Virus record (IMG/VR): IMGVR_UViG_3300035520_000885
Coordinates: 32,001 to 96,000 of that record
DNA length: 64,000 bases
Source of the DNA: a virus
Taxonomy: Duplodnaviria; Caudoviricetes
Direction: 5' to 3' (one strand)
Position numbers and translations under genes: made by a program. Each line of letters starts with the position of its first letter. Position 1 is the first letter of the stretch. This document shows positions 37,196 to 46,273 of this stretch, one piece after another. The notes under the pieces are model-generated. The model did not search any database and was not told where the DNA came from. It worked only from the letters and a program-made list of their open reading frames with translations.

Positions 37196-40100
37196 ATGGA
37201 TAGACCCGTGACGAAATATCCTACTCGGGTATTGAATATCAACACAAATAATACCTTTAACGAGGATTTGATGAATAGCACTATCAAGGCTGCCGTAGAG
37301 ACGTCTTTCAAGTACTTGAGAAATCTCCAGCGGTCTTATGTGAATATTCTTCGATTTAATCTGACGAATGATGATATCTACTCGGATATCAATCACAAAG
37401 TCTGCGTTAGCTTGGATAAGGACTTCATTGATGCAGTAAAGAGAAAAGAGTATAAGAATAGTGAATATTACGGGAACTATGTAACTCTTGACGAGATTGC
37501 AAAGAACCGTGACATATTCACCTGGATTCCTATTGTCTTTATCAACGATGAGTTCAATCCTTTTATCAAGATAAAGTGCTCGTTAGATGGAACTACTGAG
37601 ATTCAGCTCAGTAATCTCACATATAGCGCTGGATTCACAAAGAGAGAACACAGAATTTCTGTTACTTTCTTGAAGGATTGTGACTATACGAGTTTCACGA
37701 CTCATAAGTATGCTATCAACGCATACCACAATCTGATTCCTACTTCTAGTACTAAATCTACATTAGAACCTGGAATTGCTTTTGCTGCTCTGGTTTCTGA
37801 TGATGGGAATCGTGCTACAAACTTCTCTAATGTTACAATCAATGAGGATTTATCTATTTCTCTTGATCTTGAGAATGAGGATGTTTCTTCTTTGGTTCAG
37901 AATAGTAGAGAAGTTACTGTGCATGTATTTAGGATGAATCACTTCTATCCGATTGCTCATGTTAGTAATCCTAAGATGAGACTCGATGGAAAGTATTCAT
38001 CTCTTATTACTGTGATTTCTCCAGATGATAAAGACTCCAACGAGGTACTGAATATGCCGGTTCCTCCGCAGAATCTTTTCATCCTGAAATACGATACTAC
38101 CACCAAGGAGTATACGTATATCAATGATGCAGAAATCATTCATCACTATCCGAATATTTACGAGGTAAAGGCTGAAGAGGATGAAAATTCCCAGTACTTT
38201 GCCTGGTATTTTTACTACACCCCATCCCTAAATTTGAAATACAAGAACGCCTTTGACTATGTACACAAGTATTACATGTATAAAGCCGATACGAGTTATC
38301 TGAGTGAAGCAATCTGTAAGTTGCTTTACGAGGGTCTGGATAATGATGCTCTAGAAGAGTACTTCTTTGATACCTTTGATTACGATGAAGCCGATTTCAT
38401 CTATAATCATGGTGACTTTTTTGCTAGTGAGGAATATCCTTATACCCTGGATTACAAACTGGCAAAATTGAAAGCATTCATTCAGAACGACCCGTCCATC
38501 TTGACCGAATACTCTAAGCAGGTTGGGCCTGACTATGACTCTTACTTCTTAGACGTTCGGAATATTGACCTAGAGAATCGGAGACGTTCTGATACTGCTG
38601 GAGAAGCCGAAGTCGATTCCGACATCGTTCACTTCAGTGAAGACCACTATGTCCTCATGTTTAAGAATGACAGAATGGAGCCTCTGGACTTCAGAGTATT
38701 CATTGATGGCATTCTTTGTACTCATACATATGTGGTTGAGACCGAGGATATGGGATATATCTATATCCCTGTGGCATCTGTGAAAGAAGATTCCTATATC
38801 GAAGTAGAGAGATTCTATCAGTACACACAGTTCACTCCTATCACGTTTGACTCTGTCGGACTGGATGAGAAAGAAATCGTATATACTGAGGACGAGAATA
38901 TCACTCCTACTTTATTTGACCTCTTTGTGACAGACAAGAGTTTCAATCGGATTGACAGAACTAAATTTAAAATCTACTGCTTAGTAGATGAAGAGTATAT
39001 TGATGTCAGTGACTATCTGGATGAAGATATTGACTATGTGGAGAGTCCTGAAGATGGAAAGGTCTATGTCAATATTGACTATCTTGCATATGTCAACATC
39101 AGCGATTCCAGAGTTCCTCTTCGGTATCTGAAACTGAGTAAGGTAAAAGTCATTCTGAATGATTCTTCTCTGATTGGAGAGAAACTCTATTTTGTCGTGA
39201 ATAAGAATCCTTATTTACGTCATGAGCAGATGGCCACTACTGGTCTTCCGAAGGTGAAACTTTTCAATGGAAAGAATCCCTGGAAAGAGAGTTCCTCTTA
39301 TATCCGCACATTTGTGAATGGACGTTTGGTTCATATCACTATGGACATCTATGAGGAAGACCCAACTCATACGTATTGCATCCCCCGGTGTTATATCCAA
39401 GAGAATGATATTCTCACAATTGATGTATCTCCGTATTCTTATGAACTTGCATATTACACGGAAGAGATTCCTGAATCTTACATGATTGATTTGAGTGGAA
39501 TCCTCACCAAGCCTGCTGATTTGGCATATTACGATATCTATCTAAATGGTAGACGTATGACTGACCGAAACATCCAGATGATTGGTGAGAATAAGATTTA
39601 CTTCTATCATGTGGATTCCAGAAAGAATCTTGCTATCTATCGGAAAGATTGGGACTATGACTTCTTTGGTCTGATGTCTCCTGTAGAGACTCCTATTGAT
39701 AAACTCTTAAATTCCAATATCTCTGATGAGGATAAGAGAGTTATCATGGACTCTATCGTTTATGCAAATCATGAGACAAAAGGTGATAGTACTGATACAG
39801 AATCTGATGTGGATGACTACACTTCTGTCGATGACTATGTGTATGAGTTCTATAGATTCTATCTGGATATCATTCAACCCACTGGAGTCTGCAAACCGAA
39901 TGAGCTGTTTGTCTCTAAGACTGCTGCTGAAACTATCTACACTTCTGTGTATGAAGAGTTCTCTAATAAAGAAGACAGATTGGTGATTCGTCCCAATGTC
40001 AATTATGATGCTCCTGTCATTCTTATGATTGGTAAAGAACATAATGCTTATTATGAGACTCAGGTTAAGAAGATGGCTCAGTATGTGGGAGATACTTCTC

Positions 40101-40225
40101 TTATCAGTGCATTCGGAGATGGTTCTATTGCTGGTGCAGTAGTCGAACTCTTCTCTCGTCTGAAGGTCAAGTTCAAATTTAATGACAATGGTATTCTTAC
40201 AGCATCTAAAGAAACTGATGATTAA
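37196..40225 (+). CDS. Large virion structural protein (tail/baseplate-associated, inferred)
   Basis: ~1000 aa, beta-rich, repeated xFxNG/xYLNGR strand motifs; AACA-N6-TA at 37151-37162. Confidence 0.65.
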   Translation: MDRPVTKYPTRVLNINTNNTFNEDLMNSTIKAAVETSFKYLRNLQRSYVNILRFNLTNDDIYSDINHKVCVSLDKDFIDAVKRKEYKNSEYYGNYVTLDEIAKNRDIFTWIPIVFINDEFNPFIKIKCSLDGTTEIQLSNLTYSAGFTKREHRISVTFLKDCDYTSFTTHKYAINAYHNLIPTSSTKSTLEPGIAFAALVSDDGNRATNFSNVTINEDLSISLDLENEDVSSLVQNSREVTVHVFRMNHFYPIAHVSNPKMRLDGKYSSLITVISPDDKDSNEVLNMPVPPQNLFILKYDTTTKEYTYINDAEIIHHYPNIYEVKAEEDENSQYFAWYFYYTPSLNLKYKNAFDYVHKYYMYKADTSYLSEAICKLLYEGLDNDALEEYFFDTFDYDEADFIYNHGDFFASEEYPYTLDYKLAKLKAFIQNDPSILTEYSKQVGPDYDSYFLDVRNIDLENRRRSDTAGEAEVDSDIVHFSEDHYVLMFKNDRMEPLDFRVFIDGILCTHTYVVETEDMGYIYIPVASVKEDSYIEVERFYQYTQFTPITFDSVGLDEKEIVYTEDENITPTLFDLFVTDKSFNRIDRTKFKIYCLVDEEYIDVSDYLDEDIDYVESPEDGKVYVNIDYLAYVNISDSRVPLRYLKLSKVKVILNDSSLIGEKLYFVVNKNPYLRHEQMATTGLPKVKLFNGKNPWKESSSYIRTFVNGRLVHITMDIYEEDPTHTYCIPRCYIQENDILTIDVSPYSYELAYYTEEIPESYMIDLSGILTKPADLAYYDIYLNGRRMTDRNIQMIGENKIYFYHVDSRKNLAIYRKDWDYDFFGLMSPVETPIDKLLNSNISDEDKRVIMDSIVYANHETKGDSTDTESDVDDYTSVDDYVYEFYRFYLDIIQPTGVCKPNELFVSKTAAETIYTSVYEEFSNKEDRLVIRPNVNYDAPVILMIGKEHNAYYETQVKKMAQYVGDTSLISAFGDGSIAGAVVELFSRLKVKFKFNDNGILTASKETDD

Positions 40226-40274
40226 AGAGTACGAGCGACATTAAATTAATCAATAGAAAGGATGGTGGATATGC

Positions 40275-41156
40275 ATGAGTGAAGAAAAAAGCCTCCGCTA
40301 TGGCATCTCTGCTCTTGATATGAAATATCTGCAGTATGCAGAAAACGATGAGCTGATGGTTGTTGGCGAAACTGGTCGTATTGTCTATAAGCGCTCTGAT
40401 GGTCAGATTGTCACTTATGAGGATACTATCTATAACGACCGTATTCTTGCTATCTCTATTGCAGATGCTTTGAATAAAGCAAATGCATTTTCTCCCACAG
40501 ATGAATCTGCAAGCACCATTGTCTATCAGACAGTGTCTCTTGCTCAGAAGTTATCCATCTTGGATGGCGTAAAGTTTAACCTGGAGATGAATAGTAAGTT
40601 TATCTCTAATGGTAAAGCTGGTGGATTTTTTTATCGCATTGGTGCGAATTCCAATATTTGCGCTATCATACGGTACCTTGAAACTGTCGGTAAAATGTAT
40701 GGAGATTCTCCGAGTGCGAAAATCACGTTTGGCATTTATATGAATGAAAATGAGAATACCGAGCAGGAGTTCGACATCACTTATTCCAGTTTCAATAGTC
40801 TTGTGTATGTGAATGTGAGTCCTCCTGAGGACGCTGAAACTTACACAATCGTGTTGAAGGGAATCGACTTTACTGCCTATAAAGAGGTCTATGATGCTCT
40901 TGATAGTGCAGAAATGAGTCAGATTTCTCAGTTGAACTATGGCAACTCTAGGTTTGAAGTTAATAACTTCGATATTGTCACTTATAATAGTGACATGACG
41001 AAAGTCGCTCTCTGTGATGAAACAGATGGGATGAGACTTGTTAATATTCTGCCTGTGGAGTTTGTCGAGGAGTCTACTACTGGTTCTGGTAGTAGCTTTG
41101 CGATGTCTGTTGACCAGCCTGATATTACTGGTCTGTGGGCAAAAATTACTGAGTAA
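40275..41156 (+). CDS. Putative virion protein
   Basis: C-terminal SVDQP....LWAKI motif typical of fibre-associated proteins, also at the end of 41272-42531; GACA-N6-TA at 40237-40248. Confidence 0.6.
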   Translation: MSEEKSLRYGISALDMKYLQYAENDELMVVGETGRIVYKRSDGQIVTYEDTIYNDRILAISIADALNKANAFSPTDESASTIVYQTVSLAQKLSILDGVKFNLEMNSKFISNGKAGGFFYRIGANSNICAIIRYLETVGKMYGDSPSAKITFGIYMNENENTEQEFDITYSSFNSLVYVNVSPPEDAETYTIVLKGIDFTAYKEVYDALDSAEMSQISQLNYGNSRFEVNNFDIVTYNSDMTKVALCDETDGMRLVNILPVEFVEESTTGSGSSFAMSVDQPDITGLWAKITE

Positions 41157-41271
41157 AGTCTCACTTGGGGAAGCATCAAACGATGCTTCCCCTTTTTATT
41201 ACATTATATTAAATGTGCAATGGGTCTATGGATTCAATGCATAAATTTTTACTGAAAGGTATGATAAGATC

Positions 41272-42531
41272 ATGGCTAATGTTAAAAACGCTATTCTGAA
41301 GAAGAAGATTGGCGATATTATCTATGACTTGATGGTCAAGACTACCACCAAGATGGTGGACTTCGACGACAATACCACGCTGGCTGCTAAGCTGGAGACC
41401 ATGCTGTCGGATATCGCCGACTCCAAGGAGAAGCTGGCTACCCTGCTGGGTGATGACGCTGCCGATTCCATCACTTCTCAGATTTCTACCGCTGTTCAGA
41501 ACGCCGTTGACAGCCTGACCAATGAGGACGATGCTACCTCTCTGGCCGGTAAGATCAAGACTCTGAACGCTGCTGTGACTGCCATCAACGATGCCTCCAC
41601 TGGTATCCTGGCAACCGCAGAGCAGTACACCGATGACAAAATTGGTCTGAGTGGTACTGCGTATACCACTGTGAAGGCGTATGTCGATGCCGTTAAGAGC
41701 GACATCAACTCCGCCACCGCTGGCGCTTTCCACTTCAAGGGCAAGGTTGACTATGTCGACCAGCTGCCCACTGAGGGTAGCACCGAGGGCGACGTGTATC
41801 AGGTCCAGTATGCTGGTACTTCTGACAAGCCCTCCAGCACTGTCCTGAACGCTGAGTATGCGTATGATGGCACCAGCTTTATCGAGCTGGGCTCTGTCAT
41901 CGATCTGAGCAGCTACTACACTGCTGAGCAGACCACTGAGGCTATCAACACCGCTAAGCAGGCTGCGATTGATGCTGCTGCTGCGGATGCTACTAGCAAG
42001 GCGGATGCCGCTCAGGCTGCTGCTGAGGCTACCGCTGCTGCGGATGCTACTAGCAAGGCCAATGCCGCTCAGGCTGCTGCTGAGGCTACCGCTGCTGCGG
42101 ATGCTACCAGCAAGGCCAATGCTGCTCAGGCCGCTGCCGAGAAGACTGCTGCCGATGACGCTACTTCTAAGGCTAACGCCGCTCAGGCTGCTGCCGAGAA
42201 GACCGCTGCTTCTGATGCGACTTCCAAGGCAGATGCTGCGAAAGAGGCTGCTATTTCTGCTGCCGCCACCGATGCCACTACCAAGGCTAACGCTGCCCAG
42301 GCTGCTGCTGAGGCTACCGCTGCTGCGGATGCTACTTCCAAGGCTAACGCCGCTCAGGCTGCCGCTGAGGCTACCGCTGCCGCGGATGCTACTTCCAAGG
42401 CTAACGCTGCCCAGGCTGCTGCGATTGCTGCTGCTTCCGAGGAGTGCGCCACCAAGTGCCGTTTCCTGGTGTCTGCTGAGCAGCCCGAGGATCTGACCGA
42501 GGCTGACGTGTGGGCCGAGCTGGTTGACTAA
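41272..42531 (+). CDS. Fibre/whisker-like virion protein with Ala-rich coiled-coil repeats
   Basis: AEQYTD and KAYVD trimeric coiled-coil motifs, FHFKGKV...LP...GDVY module, 19-aa repeats; strongly biased codon usage. Confidence 0.75.
   Translation: MANVKNAILKKKIGDIIYDLMVKTTTKMVDFDDNTTLAAKLETMLSDIADSKEKLATLLGDDAADSITSQISTAVQNAVDSLTNEDDATSLAGKIKTLNAAVTAINDASTGILATAEQYTDDKIGLSGTAYTTVKAYVDAVKSDINSATAGAFHFKGKVDYVDQLPTEGSTEGDVYQVQYAGTSDKPSSTVLNAEYAYDGTSFIELGSVIDLSSYYTAEQTTEAINTAKQAAIDAAAADATSKADAAQAAAEATAAADATSKANAAQAAAEATAAADATSKANAAQAAAEKTAADDATSKANAAQAAAEKTAASDATSKADAAKEAAISAAATDATTKANAAQAAAEATAAADATSKANAAQAAAEATAAADATSKANAAQAAAIAAASEECATKCRFLVSAEQPEDLTEADVWAELVD
41977..42432 (+). repeat. Eight tandem 57-nt (19-aa) coding repeats, consensus AAADATSKANAAQAAAEAT
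   Basis: Visible directly in DNA and protein, with synonymous variation between copies. Confidence 0.9.
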
Positions 42532-42626
42532 CCAGTATCTAATGGGATGCACTTCGGTGCATCCCATTTTTTACACTGGTAAAACCTTTATATAATTAAC
42601 TATATTATGAAAGGAGATGCTATAAA

Positions 42627-42887
42627 ATGGCTAAGATTATGAGTGACTCGAATCATGTCATTTTGCACTCGGTTGATAAAAAGACTAAGAAAGCGGAGCA
42701 GATGTTCCCGACCAATACCACCGATGATGTGATTATCAACGATGATGGCGATGTTATCACCGAGTTTGTCATAAAGATTACTGACAGTGGTAAGGATTAT
42801 CCTGTTGGTGTGACTCAGCTCGGTGAAGTAACTATCGAGGACGCTTGTCTGAATGTCATCAACGGTACGGCATCTGAGACGACCTGA
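42627..42887 (+). CDS. Hypothetical protein
   Basis: 86 aa, GAAAGGAG SD. Confidence 0.65.
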   Translation: MAKIMSDSNHVILHSVDKKTKKAEQMFPTNTTDDVIINDDGDVITEFVIKITDSGKDYPVGVTQLGEVTIEDACLNVINGTASETT

Positions 42888-42944
42888 GTTTTTCATAATA
42901 ACTACAAAAAAGAAGAGACAGAGAGAAAATCTCTGTCTCTTCTT

Positions 42945-43577
42945 TTATAGCGACCACTTATATTCATGGATGAAGATGGCAAACTCATTCGGCCCTACGA
43001 TAAGTTTACTATTCAAATCCAATGGAACTTTCAACGGGTCTCCAGGTTCAAAGAAATATGCGCCAGTATTCTCATTTGTCCCAGTATCATAAAATAAACT
43101 TTCTATGATATAATAGTCTTCTGCATTCATCGCAGCAGACATAGATGTGTATCCGATTGTACCCAAGGCTTCCTGATATTTTTTCAGAAGACATGGGATT
43201 GTAAATACATAGAGACATCCAAAGACTTCTTGAGATAATAAATCCTCAGCCCATCCATATCGAACATCTGATTTCTCCTGGTGAGTCATCACGACATGCA
43301 CTGGTCGTCCGTTATGGATGCACTTTACTTTCTCTAAGACAAATCTCTCCATATTCTTCAATTCTCCACCAGGGCCATTGTCATCCAATTCCCTCTTAGT
43401 GACAATGAAGATATCTCTTCTGGTTTTCAGGAACTCTTTCAGGAGTTTCTTTTCATCTGTTAGCCCATATAAGATATAGTCGTTACTACCGGTGGAGTAT
43501 TCGACTTTTGGAAAAATTGAGTTATAGACATTTTCTGGCACTATGTCTTTTCTTACGTACAGAAAGTAAACTTTCAC
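42945..43577 (-). CDS. Hypothetical protein (paralog of 3498-4010)
   Basis: GAGGTG SD with GTG start; shared N-terminal motif. Confidence 0.7.
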   Translation of the reverse strand: MKVYFLYVRKDIVPENVYNSIFPKVEYSTGSNDYILYGLTDEKKLLKEFLKTRRDIFIVTKRELDDNGPGGELKNMERFVLEKVKCIHNGRPVHVVMTHQEKSDVRYGWAEDLLSQEVFGCLYVFTIPCLLKKYQEALGTIGYTSMSAAMNAEDYYIIESLFYDTGTNENTGAYFFEPGDPLKVPLDLNSKLIVGPNEFAIFIHEYKWSL

Positions 43578-43627
43578 AATATCACCTCGCTTATCTTTTT
43601 CTTCTCTATATATTACAGCATTAAAGA

Positions 43628-44593
43628 TTACATCTCTTTTAGAAACCTGGCCATTGCTTCGGCCACGGTTTCTTTTTTAGGCGCAGCCTGAACGAGTAAC
43701 TCATCGTGTTGGAAACCAGATGCACCTTTATGGCCTCCTCCACCATACTTGGTGGCAATCTGACTCACGTCCACCTTATCAGAATACAAACTGTAAGACC
43801 ACTTGAGTCCATTGTAAGAGAACATCATCAGAATGTCATAAGACTTCTTCAGGCTATCAAACCATGAGCTATTGACATTGTTGATAGCTGCGATATTCAT
43901 GGCAAACGTAGGATGGTCTTCGAAGACACATTCGAATCCTTTACTCCCACAGTAATCTTTTGCCAATCTATCACGGAATCTTTTTACAATCTTCCCCTCT
44001 TCAATGAGATCATTTACAGAATCGGGATTGCTCCACAGAGTATTCCATTCAGTATCACAAGGATTATAGTCGCTCAGGCCAAATCCAAGATTGAAAAGTT
44101 TTGTACGCTCACCATACTCAAACTTCCATACATCCTGGTCAGAAATTAGTTTCACATACTCAGGAGCATTCTTCACCATATCAGGATTGAATTCCTTGAT
44201 AACTTTTCCATCTTCATCTGTCATACAGAAAAGATAGATATAGCAAAGCATGCAACCAGCGATCCCCTCTTCATTTCTAATTCCAACAACTTCAAAGGGT
44301 AAATCTTTCAGTTTCTGGATAGCACTTACATGATGGTCAATCCAGATGATATCGGTCGTGATTTCATGGAGTTGTTCCATTTCCTCAGGAGAAAGAGAAT
44401 AATCTACAATGTAGACTTTTTCTCCTTTAGAGATGATATTGAATGGAAATTTCATCCCATAGTTAATCATATAGAAATCGTCAGGGTTGGCATTCAGTTT
44501 ACCATTTCCAGAGATAGGGTATCCGTTCTCTTTTAAGAGAACCATAAATGCAGAGCACTTACCATCAGCATCCACATGATGAAAACATTTCAC
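43628..44593 (-). CDS. DHH/DHHA1 family phosphoesterase
   Basis: HHVDADG, IVDYS, WIDHH, C-terminal GGGGHKGASGF. Confidence 0.9.
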   Translation of the reverse strand: MKCFHHVDADGKCSAFMVLLKENGYPISGNGKLNANPDDFYMINYGMKFPFNIISKGEKVYIVDYSLSPEEMEQLHEITTDIIWIDHHVSAIQKLKDLPFEVVGIRNEEGIAGCMLCYIYLFCMTDEDGKVIKEFNPDMVKNAPEYVKLISDQDVWKFEYGERTKLFNLGFGLSDYNPCDTEWNTLWSNPDSVNDLIEEGKIVKRFRDRLAKDYCGSKGFECVFEDHPTFAMNIAAINNVNSSWFDSLKKSYDILMMFSYNGLKWSYSLYSDKVDVSQIATKYGGGGHKGASGFQHDELLVQAAPKKETVAEAMARFLKEM

Positions 44594-45438
44594 GGCAACT
44601 TCACTCCATTCACTTTCAGATTCTGAGCGCGAGCTTTCTCCATAAACACATGGAGTCTATTGTATGCAATCTGAAGATTTTCCTGGATATTGTCCGCAGG
44701 ACTCTGACCAGCAAATGTCTTCCAATCCAGGAAGAGCTGCCCAAGTTCCATACTGATATGAACCAAGTCTTCAGCACAGAACTGAGAACGAGCCTGACGC
44801 TCAACGTCACTCTCTTTCGTATTCTTCTTATTTTTCTCCATGATGTAAGAATAGAGCTCCTTGATGATATTATGCGTATACTCAGCAATCCGATTCGGCA
44901 TCAGAGCAAGGATACTACTATTATCCTCTACACGAATCAGTTTATCATTGACAGCCATGTAAGATGCAGGAGCAAAGCGATGCTTCGTCTCAGTCCCGAT
45001 ATAATTCACATAAACGACAGCGCGATTCTTTAAAATATGTCTAGGAATGTCATCTACGTACTGGTACACGCCTGCAAACTCAGATGGTACAACATCACCG
45101 CATTCTGTCTTTGCAAACAGATTCACGAATTCAGGACCGATATTCTTCTCTTCCAGAATGGCAGAGTTAGAAATACCATCCGTTATATTCAGAATGGTAT
45201 TGCACATGATAGGAATCACAGCACTGAGGTTACAATCGCCAATATTGACATTGACTCCTCTGTGCTTTTTCCACCCCTCATCAGTCTCCCCTTTAATCGT
45301 AGCAAGATAATCCACAACGGAACATGTATTCAGAACTTCCAGACTGTTCTCCAGCATCTGAATCATACCGAAGTAGTAGAGTTGCTTATTTGCAGATTTG
45401 ATTTCCTTTCGCAAAGTAGCATTTAAATCGAAATCCAT
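44590..45438 (-). CDS. Hypothetical protein
   Basis: 282 aa, GAAGGA SD, GTGA overlap with the DHH gene. Confidence 0.7.
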   Translation of the reverse strand: MDFDLNATLRKEIKSANKQLYYFGMIQMLENSLEVLNTCSVVDYLATIKGETDEGWKKHRGVNVNIGDCNLSAVIPIMCNTILNITDGISNSAILEEKNIGPEFVNLFAKTECGDVVPSEFAGVYQYVDDIPRHILKNRAVVYVNYIGTETKHRFAPASYMAVNDKLIRVEDNSSILALMPNRIAEYTHNIIKELYSYIMEKNKKNTKESDVERQARSQFCAEDLVHISMELGQLFLDWKTFAGQSPADNIQENLQIAYNRLHVFMEKARAQNLKVNGVKLP

Positions 45439-45519
45439 GATAATTCCTTCTTTCTAGTATAGTATGGGTAAGGGCTTAAATTAACGTCCTTCAGATTAGA
45501 AAAAAGAAATACCGGAAGA

Positions 45520-46254
45520 TTACAGCTCTTCCGGTATTTCTCTTGTCGGGTTCAATTTCACCGTAGTTGGTAGTCTCTCAACCGTTGGAGTTTCTTCTAT
45601 GATTGGAAATGTGAGATCGGGTTTCTTCCCATCAGACCCTCCAGAATTCTTCATAGAAAAGTAAAGATTGATAAGTTGCATCGTGAGATTATCCATATTA
45701 ATGGATTTCATCACGTAGTAAAGATACTTTGCTTCTGTGTATGTTATCTGACAGAAATTCTCTGGAGCGTTAATCATGAAAGTGAGTCCTTCATAAGCAC
45801 ACTCTAGATTATCTCTCTCATAGACAATGCTGTGCTGCACCTTGAGAGTCTTAAACTGTGTCACGACTTTCTCCGCTGCACTATTTGATATCTCATTGGC
45901 AATGCACAATTTGTCATTCTTATAGTAGTAGAGGTCTTTCAGGGATGTGAACTTCTGTATCATAGAGGTGAGCGTTTCGATGAATTCATACAGTGTAAAT
46001 TTCGACATGCTGAATTGCATGTTTGCATTCCAGCTATCTCCTCTATCTTTAGAATCTGATATATCCAAAACCACGAAGGATTTTGGCATGATTCTTAAAT
46101 AATCACTCCCCCTAAATTGAAACTCACTGATTGGTTGAATGAAAAGACGAGAGCCAGTCTTATAGGCTGGCTCGTCGTCCTTTATGATTGTAGTAAACTT
46201 CACTCGGAGTCTACCAATTCGTGCTAGTTCAATCGAGCTTTTGTACATTTGCAC
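45520..46254 (-). CDS. Hypothetical protein
   Basis: 244 aa, directly downstream of the RNAP beta-N gene. Confidence 0.7.
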   Translation of the reverse strand: MQMYKSSIELARIGRLRVKFTTIIKDDEPAYKTGSRLFIQPISEFQFRGSDYLRIMPKSFVVLDISDSKDRGDSWNANMQFSMSKFTLYEFIETLTSMIQKFTSLKDLYYYKNDKLCIANEISNSAAEKVVTQFKTLKVQHSIVYERDNLECAYEGLTFMINAPENFCQITYTEAKYLYYVMKSINMDNLTMQLINLYFSMKNSGGSDGKKPDLTFPIIEETPTVERLPTTVKLNPTREIPEEL

Positions 46255-46273
46255 TCGAGCCTTTCATTGAATT

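Noticed and set aside
41977-42432. Possible CRISPR array
   Set aside because: Repeats are contiguous, in-frame and coding with no unique spacers; no cas genes in the window
41209-42567. 452-aa Ser/Gly-rich antisense ORF and the 175-aa Leu/Arg/Pro ORF 41969-42496
   Set aside because: Alternative frames of the Ala-rich repeat gene
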